DNA of 64,000 bases, taken from Paraspadella gotoi (taxonomy: Eukaryota > Animalia > Chaetognatha). A program made the position numbers and the translations under genes. How positions within the stretch are numbered: the first letter of the stretch is position 1; each line of letters begins with the position of its first letter. The notes beneath the pieces are model-generated. The model was not told the DNA's origin, searched no databases, and worked only from the letters and a program-made list of their open reading frames with translations. Below, piece by piece: positions 26,748 to 41,800 of this stretch. The stretch lies in NCBI GenBank assembly GCA_051294375.1, contig CM119267.1, forward strand, positions 14,191,694 to 14,255,693, written 5' to 3'.

Positions 26748-26918
26748 TGTTGCGGTAGTATTTCATACCCCGCTACTCGTTCGAGAATCAGCAGCACCTA
26801 TGGCGCCGGAGGTAGCACGAGCTCCTCCCAACCCAAAGGACTCGGGTTCACGCCCGATCCGAAGTTCGGGACCTTGTGTGCAACGGACCGTGAGCTGCTC
26901 GCGGCGTCGTCTTCCGCA
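26748..26918 (+). mobile_element. 171-bp TG...CA element with 4-bp target duplication and internal tRNA-like promoter (solo-LTR-like)
   Basis: GGCC|TGTTGCGG...TTCCGCA|GGCC; internal TGGCGCCGGAGG (A box) and GGTTCACGCCC (B box). Confidence 0.65.
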
Positions 26919-27738
26919 GGCCTATAATTATTATCTAAAAGTAGTTTTCGTGAGTCATCTTCTTTTAAAATTTCTTAAAAATTGCTTCTTTTCTTTAACA
27001 AATGTTTTGAAATGTTCAAGGTTCATTATTTACGCAACCTCATTGCAAAAATTCTCGGCGACACCCGAGAGTTATTTAATGTGAAGAAAACAAAAGCGTG
27101 AGTGAGAGACAGGGAAGGAGATGGAGGGAAAGAATAAAAAAGTGTTTACCTTCAAGGCGTAAAAATCTAAAAATGTAACCGTGGATGGAAGCGAGAAACA
27201 AAGTCATCTCCCCCCCATGCCTAAAACCAGAATGAAATTCAGAGAGAGAGGAGGGAGATGTATTTCTAGAAATAAACAAACAAATAAATAAATGTAACAA
27301 ATATAAATAAATAAATAAATAATTAATAAAATATAACTCTAAAAATGTCGATTTAATCTGGGGACCATCCAGAAGAATCTGCTAATATTCAGCCAAGTGA
27401 TGTTATGATTATGAACATGAAGCAACATGTTCAGGAAAGTGAATTTTTAGGTTCCGAAATAAACCAGTCCCGCACTCTGGAGACGAGAAACAAAAGATCG
27501 TCTCGGTTTTGACTTCGTTCTCCTTACGCAATCGAACTTTGTCTCTGACTCTTGTCGACCAAGTTTCCGACCCCTGACTATGAATCACTCTCGCAGAAAT
27601 CAACTAAAATGTCACCTTATTATTATAATCATTTTACACAAAAAAAATTATGTACGTATAATAAGTAAAAATCAAAACTGAAAGAATCAAGAGTCATTTT
27701 ATTTTTAATCGTAAATTGGGAGTGATTGAATCCTTATC

Positions 27739-28338
27739 ATGCCGGAGCCATCAGCACCGCCCCCACCAAGACTGCCTTCGTACAGCTCGATGGGACCTTA
27801 TCCTGATTATCCGCCTCCACCCTACACAGAAATTGCTTCCGGTTGAGTTGCGATTAAACTTTTGTTTGTTTGATTGATTGATTGATTGATTTAATTGATT
27901 TATTTGATTAATTGAATTGATTGATTACTGAGTCTTCATCCAGGATTCCAACACAATGTAAAATGTAATCCCTTTATATTCCTACTTTATTAAATTATTG
28001 TATCATCTCCCACCTTGACCACAGATCTTGAGACGCGAAATAACAACGCCGGACTTCTGTTTCCCTATTCGGCGGAATCAGTGACTCCTTCCGCGCCCTC
28101 GTTTTCCGACTCTTGCGAAACAGCGCCACTCATTCCTCCCGCCCCAAATCGTCTCTACGCTTCGGAATCGAGTCCGATCACGACGCATTCCGAAAGTGCG
28201 ACAGGAGCTCTGAACACACAGCAGCGACGACAGCCGTCATGTCGGCGGCGCTGTAACCGTAGAACTCGTAGACGTAGAAAAAGTATTTTGATGGGACTTA
28301 TTGCTGTGGCTTTTTGCTGTTGTCTCTTGGATGAATGA
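27739..28338 (+). CDS. Proline-rich tail-anchored cysteine-rich membrane protein (CYSTM-like), 138 aa, 2 exons
   Basis: Exons 27739-27841 (MPEPSAPPPPRLPSYSSMGPYPDYPPPPYTEIAS) and 28025-28338 join in phase 1; basic stretch followed by ILMGLIAVAFCCCLLDE*, the CYSTM-type C-terminus. Confidence 0.75.
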
Positions 28339-28789
28339 AAGTGTGAAACGAAAGGGCGAAACGAAACCACCACTCATGGCGACACGTTTTGTATTATCGA
28401 TGACTTCTATAATTAAATATTAACAGTTCTATGATCTGTAAATACAACTTGAGTTTTTAATCAAAAAAAGTAAACATTTTTTTCGAGAAACCAAAATTTT
28501 CTTTGTATGATTTTCGCGATTTATAGGAACTCATGTGACCACGACGATGACGACGAACAAACGAACCGCCAACAACGATCATGTTTTTGTCCACGAGATC
28601 TGAGGTCAGATTTCACCTTTTTACCTTTTTAGCTAACTAAAATAACAGAATCGATTATAAATAAATTGATCATAAAAAAGGATTTATTTATTTGATAGAT
28701 CACCATTTTTTCGTGATCACAAAAAACCCATAGTCATCATCCCGACTGGATGTTAGAAATGGTCGCTTCTTCACCCCCAGACGCCATCT

Positions 28790-31640
<2,851 letters not shown>

Positions 31641-32543
31641 AATTACAAAAAAATTACTCTTGTAATACAGATCGAAGAAAAAAAATTAAACAAAAATTTG
31701 TTTCATAAACTTACTATTTTCTAAGTAATGACTGAATGTACCACGTTTCCGTTCTATTAAAGTTTTTTGAGGTTAGTCACTTTTATGGTTAATCTTTGTT
31801 GTTTTTTTCGTATGTTGACTATATCAGGTTAAAAAATACAGAAGGTGTAGTTATAGTAATATATATTTCAGAACAATTTTAGGTCTCGTTGTTTTTAAAA
31901 TTTGCATTTAATTTAATTTAATTTTAAATAAGTAATATTAAGTATTTAAAAAAAGCGATCCTGAAAAAAAAATGTATAATTATTTTATTATAATAATAGA
32001 TATATAAATTACAATGTATATTATAATTTATTATACTATGTATATATTTATATATTGGTTGTACCAATACTATTTATTTATCCTTATCGAATTTTCATTG
32101 ATGTTCTTTTGTAATTTCGATGCAGAGAGATTTTCTCTTTTTCTCTCCTTCGTCCTTCGCGACAAAAAGCACAATGCAATTCGCCATTCTTTATTTCTTT
32201 TCTTTTCTTTTTTTCCCCATTTTTTTCCGCGATATTTATCGAACACTCGTCTTAAACCATGTTTTGAGGAGGTCTACCGATTTACATAGGCCGTCGAAAG
32301 GATGAATTAGCTTTAATTTATTTACTCGTCGTGAATTTAAGCTATAAAAACCAGTAAAGTTAAAAATACGTCTTCGCGTCCTGGGGCATGGCCGCCAGCA
32401 ATTGTTTTGTTACAAGATTAGTTTTGACGAAATTTTGGTTACAGATTCTCTTCTACTCTAAGATTTTTCCTGTAATGCGTGATAGAGCTCATTTTTTTTG
32501 TTTCATTAGATAATTTGTTAAATTAACATCCTTTTACAAAAAA

Positions 32544-35500
32544 ATGGCCAGTGGTGACTTCAAATACTTGGAACTAGAAACGTTCTTTTTGAACGGGGGA
32601 GACGCCAAAAATTGTCAGGGTGTTGACGATTTCCTCTTAAAGGGTCTCTTTTTGGAATATCTCGAATCGATTGAGTTCAATTCTTTGGAGGAATGGACCC
32701 TCGTTAATCGTCTCGGAGTGGGCGTCGCTGCTCTCCAACTCTTTATCCAATGCAACCTCGTCGGTCCAATCCCTGTCGCCGGTGAAGAGCGACACTCCAG
32801 AATTGTCGGGGTCGCTAAGCGAACCCGTCACGGCCCCGATGTGCGACTAGATCGTGACGGAGAAATCGCTCACCCACTCGTTAATGCTCCATGGTTACTC
32901 CTGCTCGCGGACGATGCCCTCTCTTTCGACGACCCAGCATTGCCGAGCTTGCTGTGGTGGCGATTTCGCCTCGCGTGGATTCATCAGCGGGTCCTCGAAG
33001 AACCTGTGGCGTCACTTCGCGACGCCATACTTGAGGACCTGCTACCTTCGCTGCTCCAGTCGAAGCTGTATCAACACTTGACTGCGCCGCACCGCGCCCT
33101 CCTGCACCTTGAAGCTTATCACGCTTATCTTTATTACTGGCGAAGTCGCGAAGCCGCGCATCAACTCCAGTCCGCGATCGAACTTTCTGGCGTCGATGTG
33201 CGAGTCTTTGGCGCTCTGGGAAAGAGAACCAAATACCAAAAGGAAGACAAATGTCAAATGGTCGTCTCTGTCAAGACAGAATCGAACCTCACGAACTCGG
33301 AAGGCGATTGGTTTGAAGGACATACCTGGTGGCATGAAGACGCTCTCTCTGACATCGCCCTCGACGACGACACGCTGCTTGACAAGGTGGCTTTTCGGGC
33401 CTCGGAGGACGTTAGCGGAGACTCTCTGGGTCCGCTGGAGCAAGCCGTACTCTTTTGCGTTATGATGGATGTCGGGCACCGTGGCGCCTCGTACGAGTTA
33501 ACCGAGGAGGAACTTGCAGCGTTTCGTTCGACGCTCTTGTCGCAAGATCGAAAAATTTACGCGGTACAGCTTGGATGCCTTTTCCACCGCAGCCGTGGGG
33601 AACATAAAAAGTCTCGTAAGGTGGAAAGAGCACTTTCGCAGATGGAGAATCTTGTCAATGAATTAAAACGTCCTGACCTTACATCCGCGGGACACCGTAT
33701 CTTTTTGGCACACGCCCTCGACCTACCCTTCGTGTGGACGATGGAGAATTTGATGGCGGAGATCATGACGTCTTTAGGATTGACGCGGGCGGCCCTTGAC
33801 GTTCTTCTGCGTCTCGAGGCGTGGCCGGAGGTCGTCGAATGCTATCAAAAATTGGGGAAGAGAGGAGTGGCGGAAAAAATTATTCGTGAGAGGCTCGAGT
33901 TTACAAATGACCCAAACATGATCTGCGTCTTAGGTAGGATTCGTAATTTTATATATTGAGTTAATAATTATGATTAAAATATTTTTTTAACATTAAGGCG
34001 ATGTTACCCTGGACGCCTCTCACTATGAAAAGGCGTGGGAGGTTTCTAACGGCAGTTGCGCTCGTGCCATGAGATCTCTCGGCTACGATCACCTCTTTAA
34101 GCACCGGGAGGCGGAGGCCGCTTCTTGCTTTGAGAAAAGTCTCCAGGTCAACTATCTGCAAATTCCCGTCTGGTATTCTCTGGGTTGCGCCTCTCTTTTT
34201 ATCGGGGATAACAAACGCGCGGAAAAAGCTTTTCTTCGATGCGTTCATCTCGATTATGACAACTACGAGGCCTGGACTAATTTGGCTTCCGCGCAAATCA
34301 AACTCGGCTTAAAGGTATTCTTATTACATTTGTCCTTTGTCCTTTTATACAATTTAAACATTATTTGAAATATTATAGCACTTCATAGATAGCATCGTAG
34401 GAAACGGATTGATCATGTAGCTGTCATTCCTGGAGTTGAATACGTTCTGGATTCTTATGGGAAAATGAAAGAGCTGTGGCGAATCCTAAATTTGCTTCCC
34501 GTATAGCTTGGTGAAACTCAGCTCGTCCCATTGGCTTGGACAGCTAATTACTCATTCACCAACCGTGAGTTCCGGGTTCAATCTCTTCACGGTCACGCTG
34601 GTTAAAGTGTGATAGTGTCAGCATAAACACGCCAGTGATATGGGGTGGTCACCGCAGGTCCAAAGCCCTGAGCGCTAGCTGTCGGGGGATGCTTCACACC
34701 CAAGGCATCACAATGTCATAAAGAAAGGCTTAATACATTGTTTAGTAAAATAGAATATTTTGAAAAAAAAATTTAATAATAAAAAATGAAAACAAATATT
34801 TTATCCAATAAATTCAGCGTAATTAAGATCATTATTGTCACGGTCCTAATTTCTCTTTTCCGAAAAAAAAATTTATTTTTTATCTTCTTCTTTATTTTAC
34901 CATGAGCCTCCAAAACGTATTCAATTCCCGGATCGCATATGTTGCTTGTCTCGCTTGTCTCGTTTGGCTTTTCCGCCTTTTCTTCTCTCTCGACCAATCA
35001 GAGAGGTGGCTTCCTTTACGGAATCGACAGGAGAGAGATGAGAGAAGAAACGGGGCAGTCTTCAACTTACCCTCAAGAAACTAACATCAAAAGTTCCCAA
35101 GTTCATGAACTATTTAGTTTTTATTTTTAATCATCGTTTTAATCATCATAATCTCAATTATTTTTATCTCGTTTATTTGTATAAATAAAACTCTTCTAAA
35201 TTAATCGTAATAAACCACGCCTACTTCCTTCTTTGGTAGGGAAGCCAGGTACTCTGGGAGTGAATAAACGAGACCGTGAGAGAGTCTTGATTGAAAGCTT
35301 GCAGAGACCTGCTATGTTATTAAATCTTGTTATTAAAGCCTGTCTAAAGTGTCTAAAGTTCGGGGCAATATAGCTTATTTATTAAATGAATAGATAATAT
35401 TATATTGGTTATATTTCCTATCATAGTTTATTTTATTTTATTTATGCACTGACCTGTTGTCGCCCTCATCGATTTAATTCATAGGAAAAAGCCTGCGCTA

Positions 35501-37047
35501 CACTTCAAGAAGCATTAAAGTGCAACTACGAAAATTGGAGGATATGGGAGAATTTTCTTGTCGTCAGTGCCGATGTAGGACACCCCGAAGACATAATTAG
35601 GTACATAATTTGTTTACGATTATGTTGCAATTTCTGTAATCTCTTATTCAAACAAATCAGCATTTTGATTTAACGCAGATCTTATCATCGGCTTCTGGAC
35701 CTCAAAGACGAAAAGTATGCTGACGGAGAAGTTCTTTCGATATTAGTGACGTTAGTGGTGGACCTCCACACATCCTTAAACAATGAGGTTTGCATGCTTT
35801 AATGGCGTCATACCGCCGTACCGTTAATATCATTCTTTTTATAGTCGTAATCGCTTGCGCTTGTGACGATTTTGTGACGATTGTCCCCATAAATGTCGTC
35901 GTCGGCGGCCTTCCAAATTATAGATCGCCTTTTCTAATATTATTTGTATTTGTCTTAAGCTGAAAATTTAGATATATATTCTCATCATCGAGATCCGTTT
36001 AAACAGTTGACATTTTATAAATAAAATATTTTTTTTATATTCAAATTAGATTATAGTATATGAAAAAATATTTTTTTCTTTTTCTCAGTTGCTGTCTCTT
36101 CTAACTGTCCAAAAACGAGTTGAGCTCTGCAGCGGCTGAGCTATAAGTTACAAGTCTCTTTCTCTCTCTGTTTTTATTAAACTCGTGATAAGCATTGCAT
36201 TTTTATGTTTTTATCTCTCACACATTTATTCATTCAATTTCTTAAATTTAATTAAAACAATTAATTAATTCATTTCTTACTTATAAATTTATTCACACAA
36301 TGAAGTTTATTTAACTCAACTCTTTCATTAATTTAAATTAAATAAAATTAAATTTAATTCAATTCATTTTATTTTATTCATTCATTTCATTTATATATAT
36401 TTATTTATTTATATTCAATATTCATATATTTATTTATTTTTTATATATGTAGATATTAAGCCAAGTTTGTTATGTACAAATATGATTTTTTGTTTGAGTA
36501 TCAAAGTTTGTCATGGGTCTAGTATTTTTTAAGGATTGCGACGATCCTTATGCTTTTAAGATTTTTTTTTCACTAGGATACCGAAGCTGTCGCGTCCTGG
36601 GAAAGGCTTTACAAAAAAAGCCGTGAGCTTTTTGGCCGTGTGACGGCATCTCTCTCCGACGACGCAGAAATTTGGAAAGCGTACAGCTTACTTATTCTCC
36701 GCTCCCATGAGAGCCCCGACCAAACACAAATTGGTCTTCAACATCTCCAGCGTAGCCTTAGATGTCTCACCCAAAAATCAGGATGGGAAAACGAGATCCC
36801 GTCCTGCGAGAAGGTCCTGACTGAGTGTAACCGTCTAGTTGATATTTTCCTATCTTTGGAACACTCGATCACGTCGCAGCAACTCTCCTCGCTTAAGATG
36901 ACATTAAGAACGACGGTCGCGAAACTTATGAAAAAGTATGGCGAAGTTTTGCCCTCCTCCAAAACTGAGCAAGAGTGCGATAAGATGAAGGAAATGTTGT
37001 CGGTTATTGACGAAAAAGTCAAATTAAAAAAATTGAACAATACTTGA
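32544..37047 (+). CDS. TTC27: Tetratricopeptide repeat protein 27; 5 exons
   Basis: Exons 32544-33933, 33998-34314, 35485-35600, 35679-35787, 36577-37047 are phase-consistent. Family motifs [64 protein letters not shown]. Confidence 0.9.
34475..34712 (+). mobile_element. tRNA-promoter-bearing TG...CA element, homologous to 56391-56620
   Basis: TGTGGCG...CATCACA ends, B-box-like GGTTCAATCTC, shared body TAAA(G)TGTGA..GTG.C.G.ATAAACA.GCCAGTGA...GG.GGTCAC.G..GGTCC..AGCCC; target duplication not evident. Confidence 0.6.
35836..36570 (+). mobile_element. Helentron-associated non-autonomous element (HINE/DINE-like), copy 1
   Basis: 5' palindrome, (GTC)n, core TTCCAAATTATAGATCGCCTTTT, 3' end GATTGCGACGATCCTTATGCTTTTAAGATTTTT; shared with 44109-44270 and 56279-57328. 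Confidence 0.7.
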
Positions 37048-37105
37048 TCTGCTGTGATATTTACGTATTACGTAATAGTTTGTTGAAATTTTTGTTTTTT
37101 AAGAT

Positions 37106-38780
37106 ATGATTGATATGCTTTCGGCATTAGTAAAATTGCGATCACTGACAAAGGCAAACGTCAATAATTGGATAAGAGCTTTCGTAACAAACACGAATGA
37201 CTTGGAATATGACGATCTTTTACAGCGTTACGAAGAAGCGCTGTGTTTAAATAAAGAATTGAGAACAAAATTGGCTGGTATATCTGTAAATGTTAGAATT
37301 CCAACTGGTGTCGTATTGAATTTTTTTCGGATTTTCGAATAATAGTTTTCAATTTATTTAACTTCTTCCTCGGTCATCAGTTGGAATTCTAACTGCAACT
37401 CTCGATCATAGAGACTAGTAAAGCTAATCGGCCTTTTGTTTTTAAAAAAAGTGAAAAAAATGACCGGAAAAATATTAAAGTAAGTCACTTCAGTCTTCTC
37501 ACCTTTCTCTTAACCTTCAGTATTTTTAGACTTTACGTATAAATTTTTCTCCTCAGTGCGACACTTACTGTGACCTATTTCGCCACGTGGCCCTTCACGT
37601 CGCTTATCTCGGTTGGGACTGGGATGGCGTCAACGTTCAATCCTCGTCTTCTTCCACCATTGAAGCCGCCCTTCTCGACGCCCTTGAAAAATCCGGTCTT
37701 CGCGGACCGTCTCGCGATTTTCGTCGATGCGGACGAACTGACAAAGGTGTCAGTTCTTCCGGTCAAGTCTTTTCATTGTGGTTAAGAACACGAGCGGACT
37801 GCGGGATTGGCGTATGGCGGTTCCGCGACGGCAACCCCGTCGAGAGCATGGAAGGGAACGAAGCTGAGGATTTTCCGTTTCCGCTCCTGCTCAACCGATT
37901 TCTCCCGCGCGACGTTCGTGTGCTCGCTTGGTCGCCGGCCCCATGGTATTTCCACGCAGGAAAAAGCTGCGTCGCAAGAACCTATGATTACTTCTTTCCG
38001 GAGAACGGGTTGGACCAGGACGCACTTCGTGAAGTCGCCGAGAAACTGACGGGAATTCACGATTTTAGAAACTTCTGCGAACCAGATGTACCTCGTTTGG
38101 TCAAAAGAGAAACGGGAAAGGAAGCGAACCAGTGGACATTTTTTAAAAGGAACTTGTTCCAGGTGGATTTTGCGCAGGCATCGTTGCCTTCCCTTCGTCA
38201 GTCGCCGTTCAGTCTTAGACTCTGTCGACTACGCTTTGTTGGATCGAGTTTTTTACGCCACCAGATCCGGCGACTCGTCGCAATTATCTTTTTAGTTGCC
38301 TCCAAACGTGAAGCGCCCACCATTGTCGACGAGTTATTGGATGTAGACTCGACTCCTGCTGCCCCGGTATACCGCCAGGTCAAAGGGTTTCCTCTCGACT
38401 TGTACGAATGTCGATATGACGGCGACTTCGAGTGGCGTTGGGAAGAAGAAAATTTGCTTGAGCTCGTTCGTCATTACCAGTCTCGTTATGTAGAACTAGC
38501 GACGACGGCGTCCATTTACGCTCAGATTTTAGATTCAGTCGTGTCTCGCCTCGATTTTAACGAAAAACCGGCCAAGGTAATGAAGCGGCCTGATGCGTAT
38601 CGGTTGATGCTGGAGGTTACTCAGAAAAAATTATTCGTGGCGAAAAATGAGCCGTGGATGTTTTTGGTAGAAAAAGACTTAAAACAACTTCTGGATCCAC
38701 ATGAGCCTTTAAAGAAACGAAAGCTTCGTCCACCGATGGAGAAAAGGGTCTCGGCGCATATGCTTAAAAATAAAACCTGA
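37106..38780 (+). CDS. PUS3: tRNA pseudouridine synthase, TruA family (PUS3/Deg1-like); 3 exons
   Basis: Exons 37106-37277, 37412-37479, 37557-38780. RPFVF...RHVALHVAYLGW, catalytic RCGRTDKGVS, LNRFLPRDVRVLAW, GIHDFRNFC, GSSFLRHQIR. Confidence 0.8.
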
Positions 38781-38875
38781 TTTTTTTTCTCTCTTTTTCT
38801 ATGCTTTATTCGCTGTTTATATATCTTTCGAAATTACTAGATTTGTAAAAAAAAAGTTTAAAATAAGAACCAAAT

Positions 38876-41800
38876 ATGGATGATTTGGAGGGAGACCTAT
38901 TCGGCGTTTTCGAGGCCGGAGCCTCCTCGACCGAGAAGGGCAAAGGACCCTCGGGTGGGAAACCCGCTCTTCTCAAGTCGGCCAAAAAGAAAACTCTCGC
39001 CGAGCGCTTAGCGGGAAATAAACGGCTCTCTGTCGGGGAGAGCGGCGATGCGTCGAAAAAGGCAAAGATAGATGGCGTCGACGTCGATGGAATCGGAGAA
39101 ACCGCGACGTCTGAACCGGAAGGGACAAAGGAGGATGGCAGCCTTCCGAAGAATGCCAACGCCGCATTGGACGAAGTGTCCTTGGCCGAAGATTTGCCGC
39201 GTATTCAAGTTCACAAGGTGCAAACTTTGGAAGCCTGCACACACGAGGGTAATAAGAGTATTGAAGATCCCATTTTTTAAAATATTCTATAAATATGTAT
39301 AAAATTGTATATGTATTCATTCTATATTTCTACAGTCGCGATGCCACCCGGAGCGGAATATCATGGTTTAAAGTCGGGAACCACGGAACCCGCGAAACAG
39401 TATCGTTTCGAGCTCGATCCCTTTCAAAAAGAATCCGTTTTGTGTTTGGAAAACAACCAGTCGGTAGGTCGCATAATGATTCACATTTTTCGGTATTGTT
39501 TCTTTATTAAATTTTTTTTTCCTAGGTCCTTGTCTCTGCCCACACTTCGGCAGGAAAAACCGTAGTAGCCGAGTACGCCATCGCCATGTGTCTTAGAGAC
39601 AAACAGCGGGTCATCTACACTTCCCCCATTAAAGCACTGAGCAATCAGAAATTTCGCGAACTCACGGAGGAGTTCACCGACGTGGGCTTGATGACCGGAG
39701 ACGTGACCATCAACCCCACGGCGTCCTGTTTAGTCATGACCACAGAGATTCTTCGCAGTATGCTGTATCGTGGTTCTGAGGTGACTCGCGAAGTCGCCTG
39801 GGTCATCTTTGACGAGATCCACTACATGCGCGACAAAGAACGAGGAGTTGTGTGGGAAGAAACCCTAATCTTGTTGCCAGACAACGTTCACTACGTTTTT
39901 CTTTCTGGTAATTATAATTTGTCTATATTTGATGTTGCCTTATATGAAGTTGTATTCTAATTTTTTATTATTTATAGCAACGATTCCCAACGCTCGTCAG
40001 TTTGCAGAGTGGATAGCATTTCTCAAGAAGCAGCCCTGTCATGTTGTGTACACCGAATATCGTCCGACTCCTCTGCAGCACTACGTTTTTCCTGCAGGTT
40101 TATTTTGATAAAAAGAAATATTAAAAAATAGTAATCAATTAATCATCCATAAATCTATATTTCAATAGGAGGCGATGGGCTGTTTCTCGTTGTTGACGAG
40201 CAAAACAATTTTAAAGAGGACAATTTTAACACTGCGATGTCAGTTTTGAAAACGGCTGGCGACGCAGCTAAAGGAGACTCGGGCAACGTTGGAAGGAAAG
40301 GCGGCACTAAAGGAGAGTCCAACTGCTATAAAATCGTCAAGATGATCATGGAAAAGCAGATGCAACCAGTCATTGTGTTCAGCTTCAGTCGTAAAGAGTG
40401 TGAGGCTTACGGCATGCAAATGTCCAAACTCGATTTTAATTCGGATCAAGAGAAAACCATGATCGAGGAGGTCTTTAACAACGCGATGGACCAGCTTAGC
40501 GAGGCGGACAAGAATTTACCGCAGGTACATAACTTTTTTGTAGTTTGGTAAAAGAAGATTTTTCTCTCTCCTTGCGCCAATGGTTTCGAGATGATTGGTT
40601 GCTTCTTCCAGGTCCTCAACATTTTGCCCTTGTTAAAACGCGGAATCGGAATTCATCACTCCGGTCTTTTACCTATTCTCAAGGAAACCATTGAGATCTT
40701 GTTTGGCGAGGGATGTATCAAAGCGCTCTTTGCCACCGAAACTTTCGCTATGGGCCTCAACATGCCCGCCAGGACTGTGCTTTTCACTTCTGCTCGGAAG
40801 TTCGACGGAAAGGATCACAGGTACGTGCTGTCATAGCTGCTAGCTTCGTCTTTAAAAGATATAACTAAATTTTACCAAATTGAACCAAAATATCACAATT
40901 TTATAGGTGGTTGTCGTCCGGTGAATTTATTCAAATGAGTGGACGAGCCGGGAGGCGAGGCATAGATTCTCGCGGGCTCGTAATTTTGATGGTGGATGAG
41001 AAAATGTCACCAGGTATCTAAAATAAAATAAGTATAATATCGTTTTTTTAGGCTCCTTTTAAAAAAGTTTTCATGCTAGGTGCTTGCAAGGATATGGTCC
41101 GCGGCCAGCCTAATAAACTAGATTCTGCTTTTCATCTGACTTACAACATGGTTTTGAATCTTTTGCGGGTAGAAGAAATCAATCCCGAATTCATGCTGGA
41201 ACGTTCCTTCTTTCAGGTTTGTTTTCAATTTTCTATAGCTTTGGTTTCTTAAGTTATTTTAATTCAATTAATAATTTTCGTAGTTTCAAAATTATGCTGC
41301 TATTCCTGGAATGGTCGACAATGTTAAACAATTGGAAGAGGAATACAAAACTTTACAGTTCCCACAACAAGATTCAGTAGGTAAGAACTTCTTCAAAAAC
41401 CTTGTCATAATGAAATACTTTTTAGTACTGTTTTTTATTTAAATTGATAGCGGATAAGTATTGTCGTCTTTTTACAGGTTCTTATCACCGCTTGCGTTCT
41501 CAATTAGAGCAATTTAGACAAGAAATGCTTAATTATATTCGTCGACCGCATTATATTCTTCCGTTTTTGCAGCCCGGAAGATGCATTAAGGTAATATCTT
41601 TAATAAGATTGAACCCGAATACATAATCTATTAGGTTTATAAATTCTATCCATTAGTCTTATATATTCAAATTTCAAACTGTGAATTTTTTTTTAAATAG
41701 TGTCTCACGTAAACTTTAAAATGCTTATAATTCGCAGAAAGATTGTGTACTATAACTATAAATTTACTAGTGATCAACCATAAGAATTACGATGCTTGTT

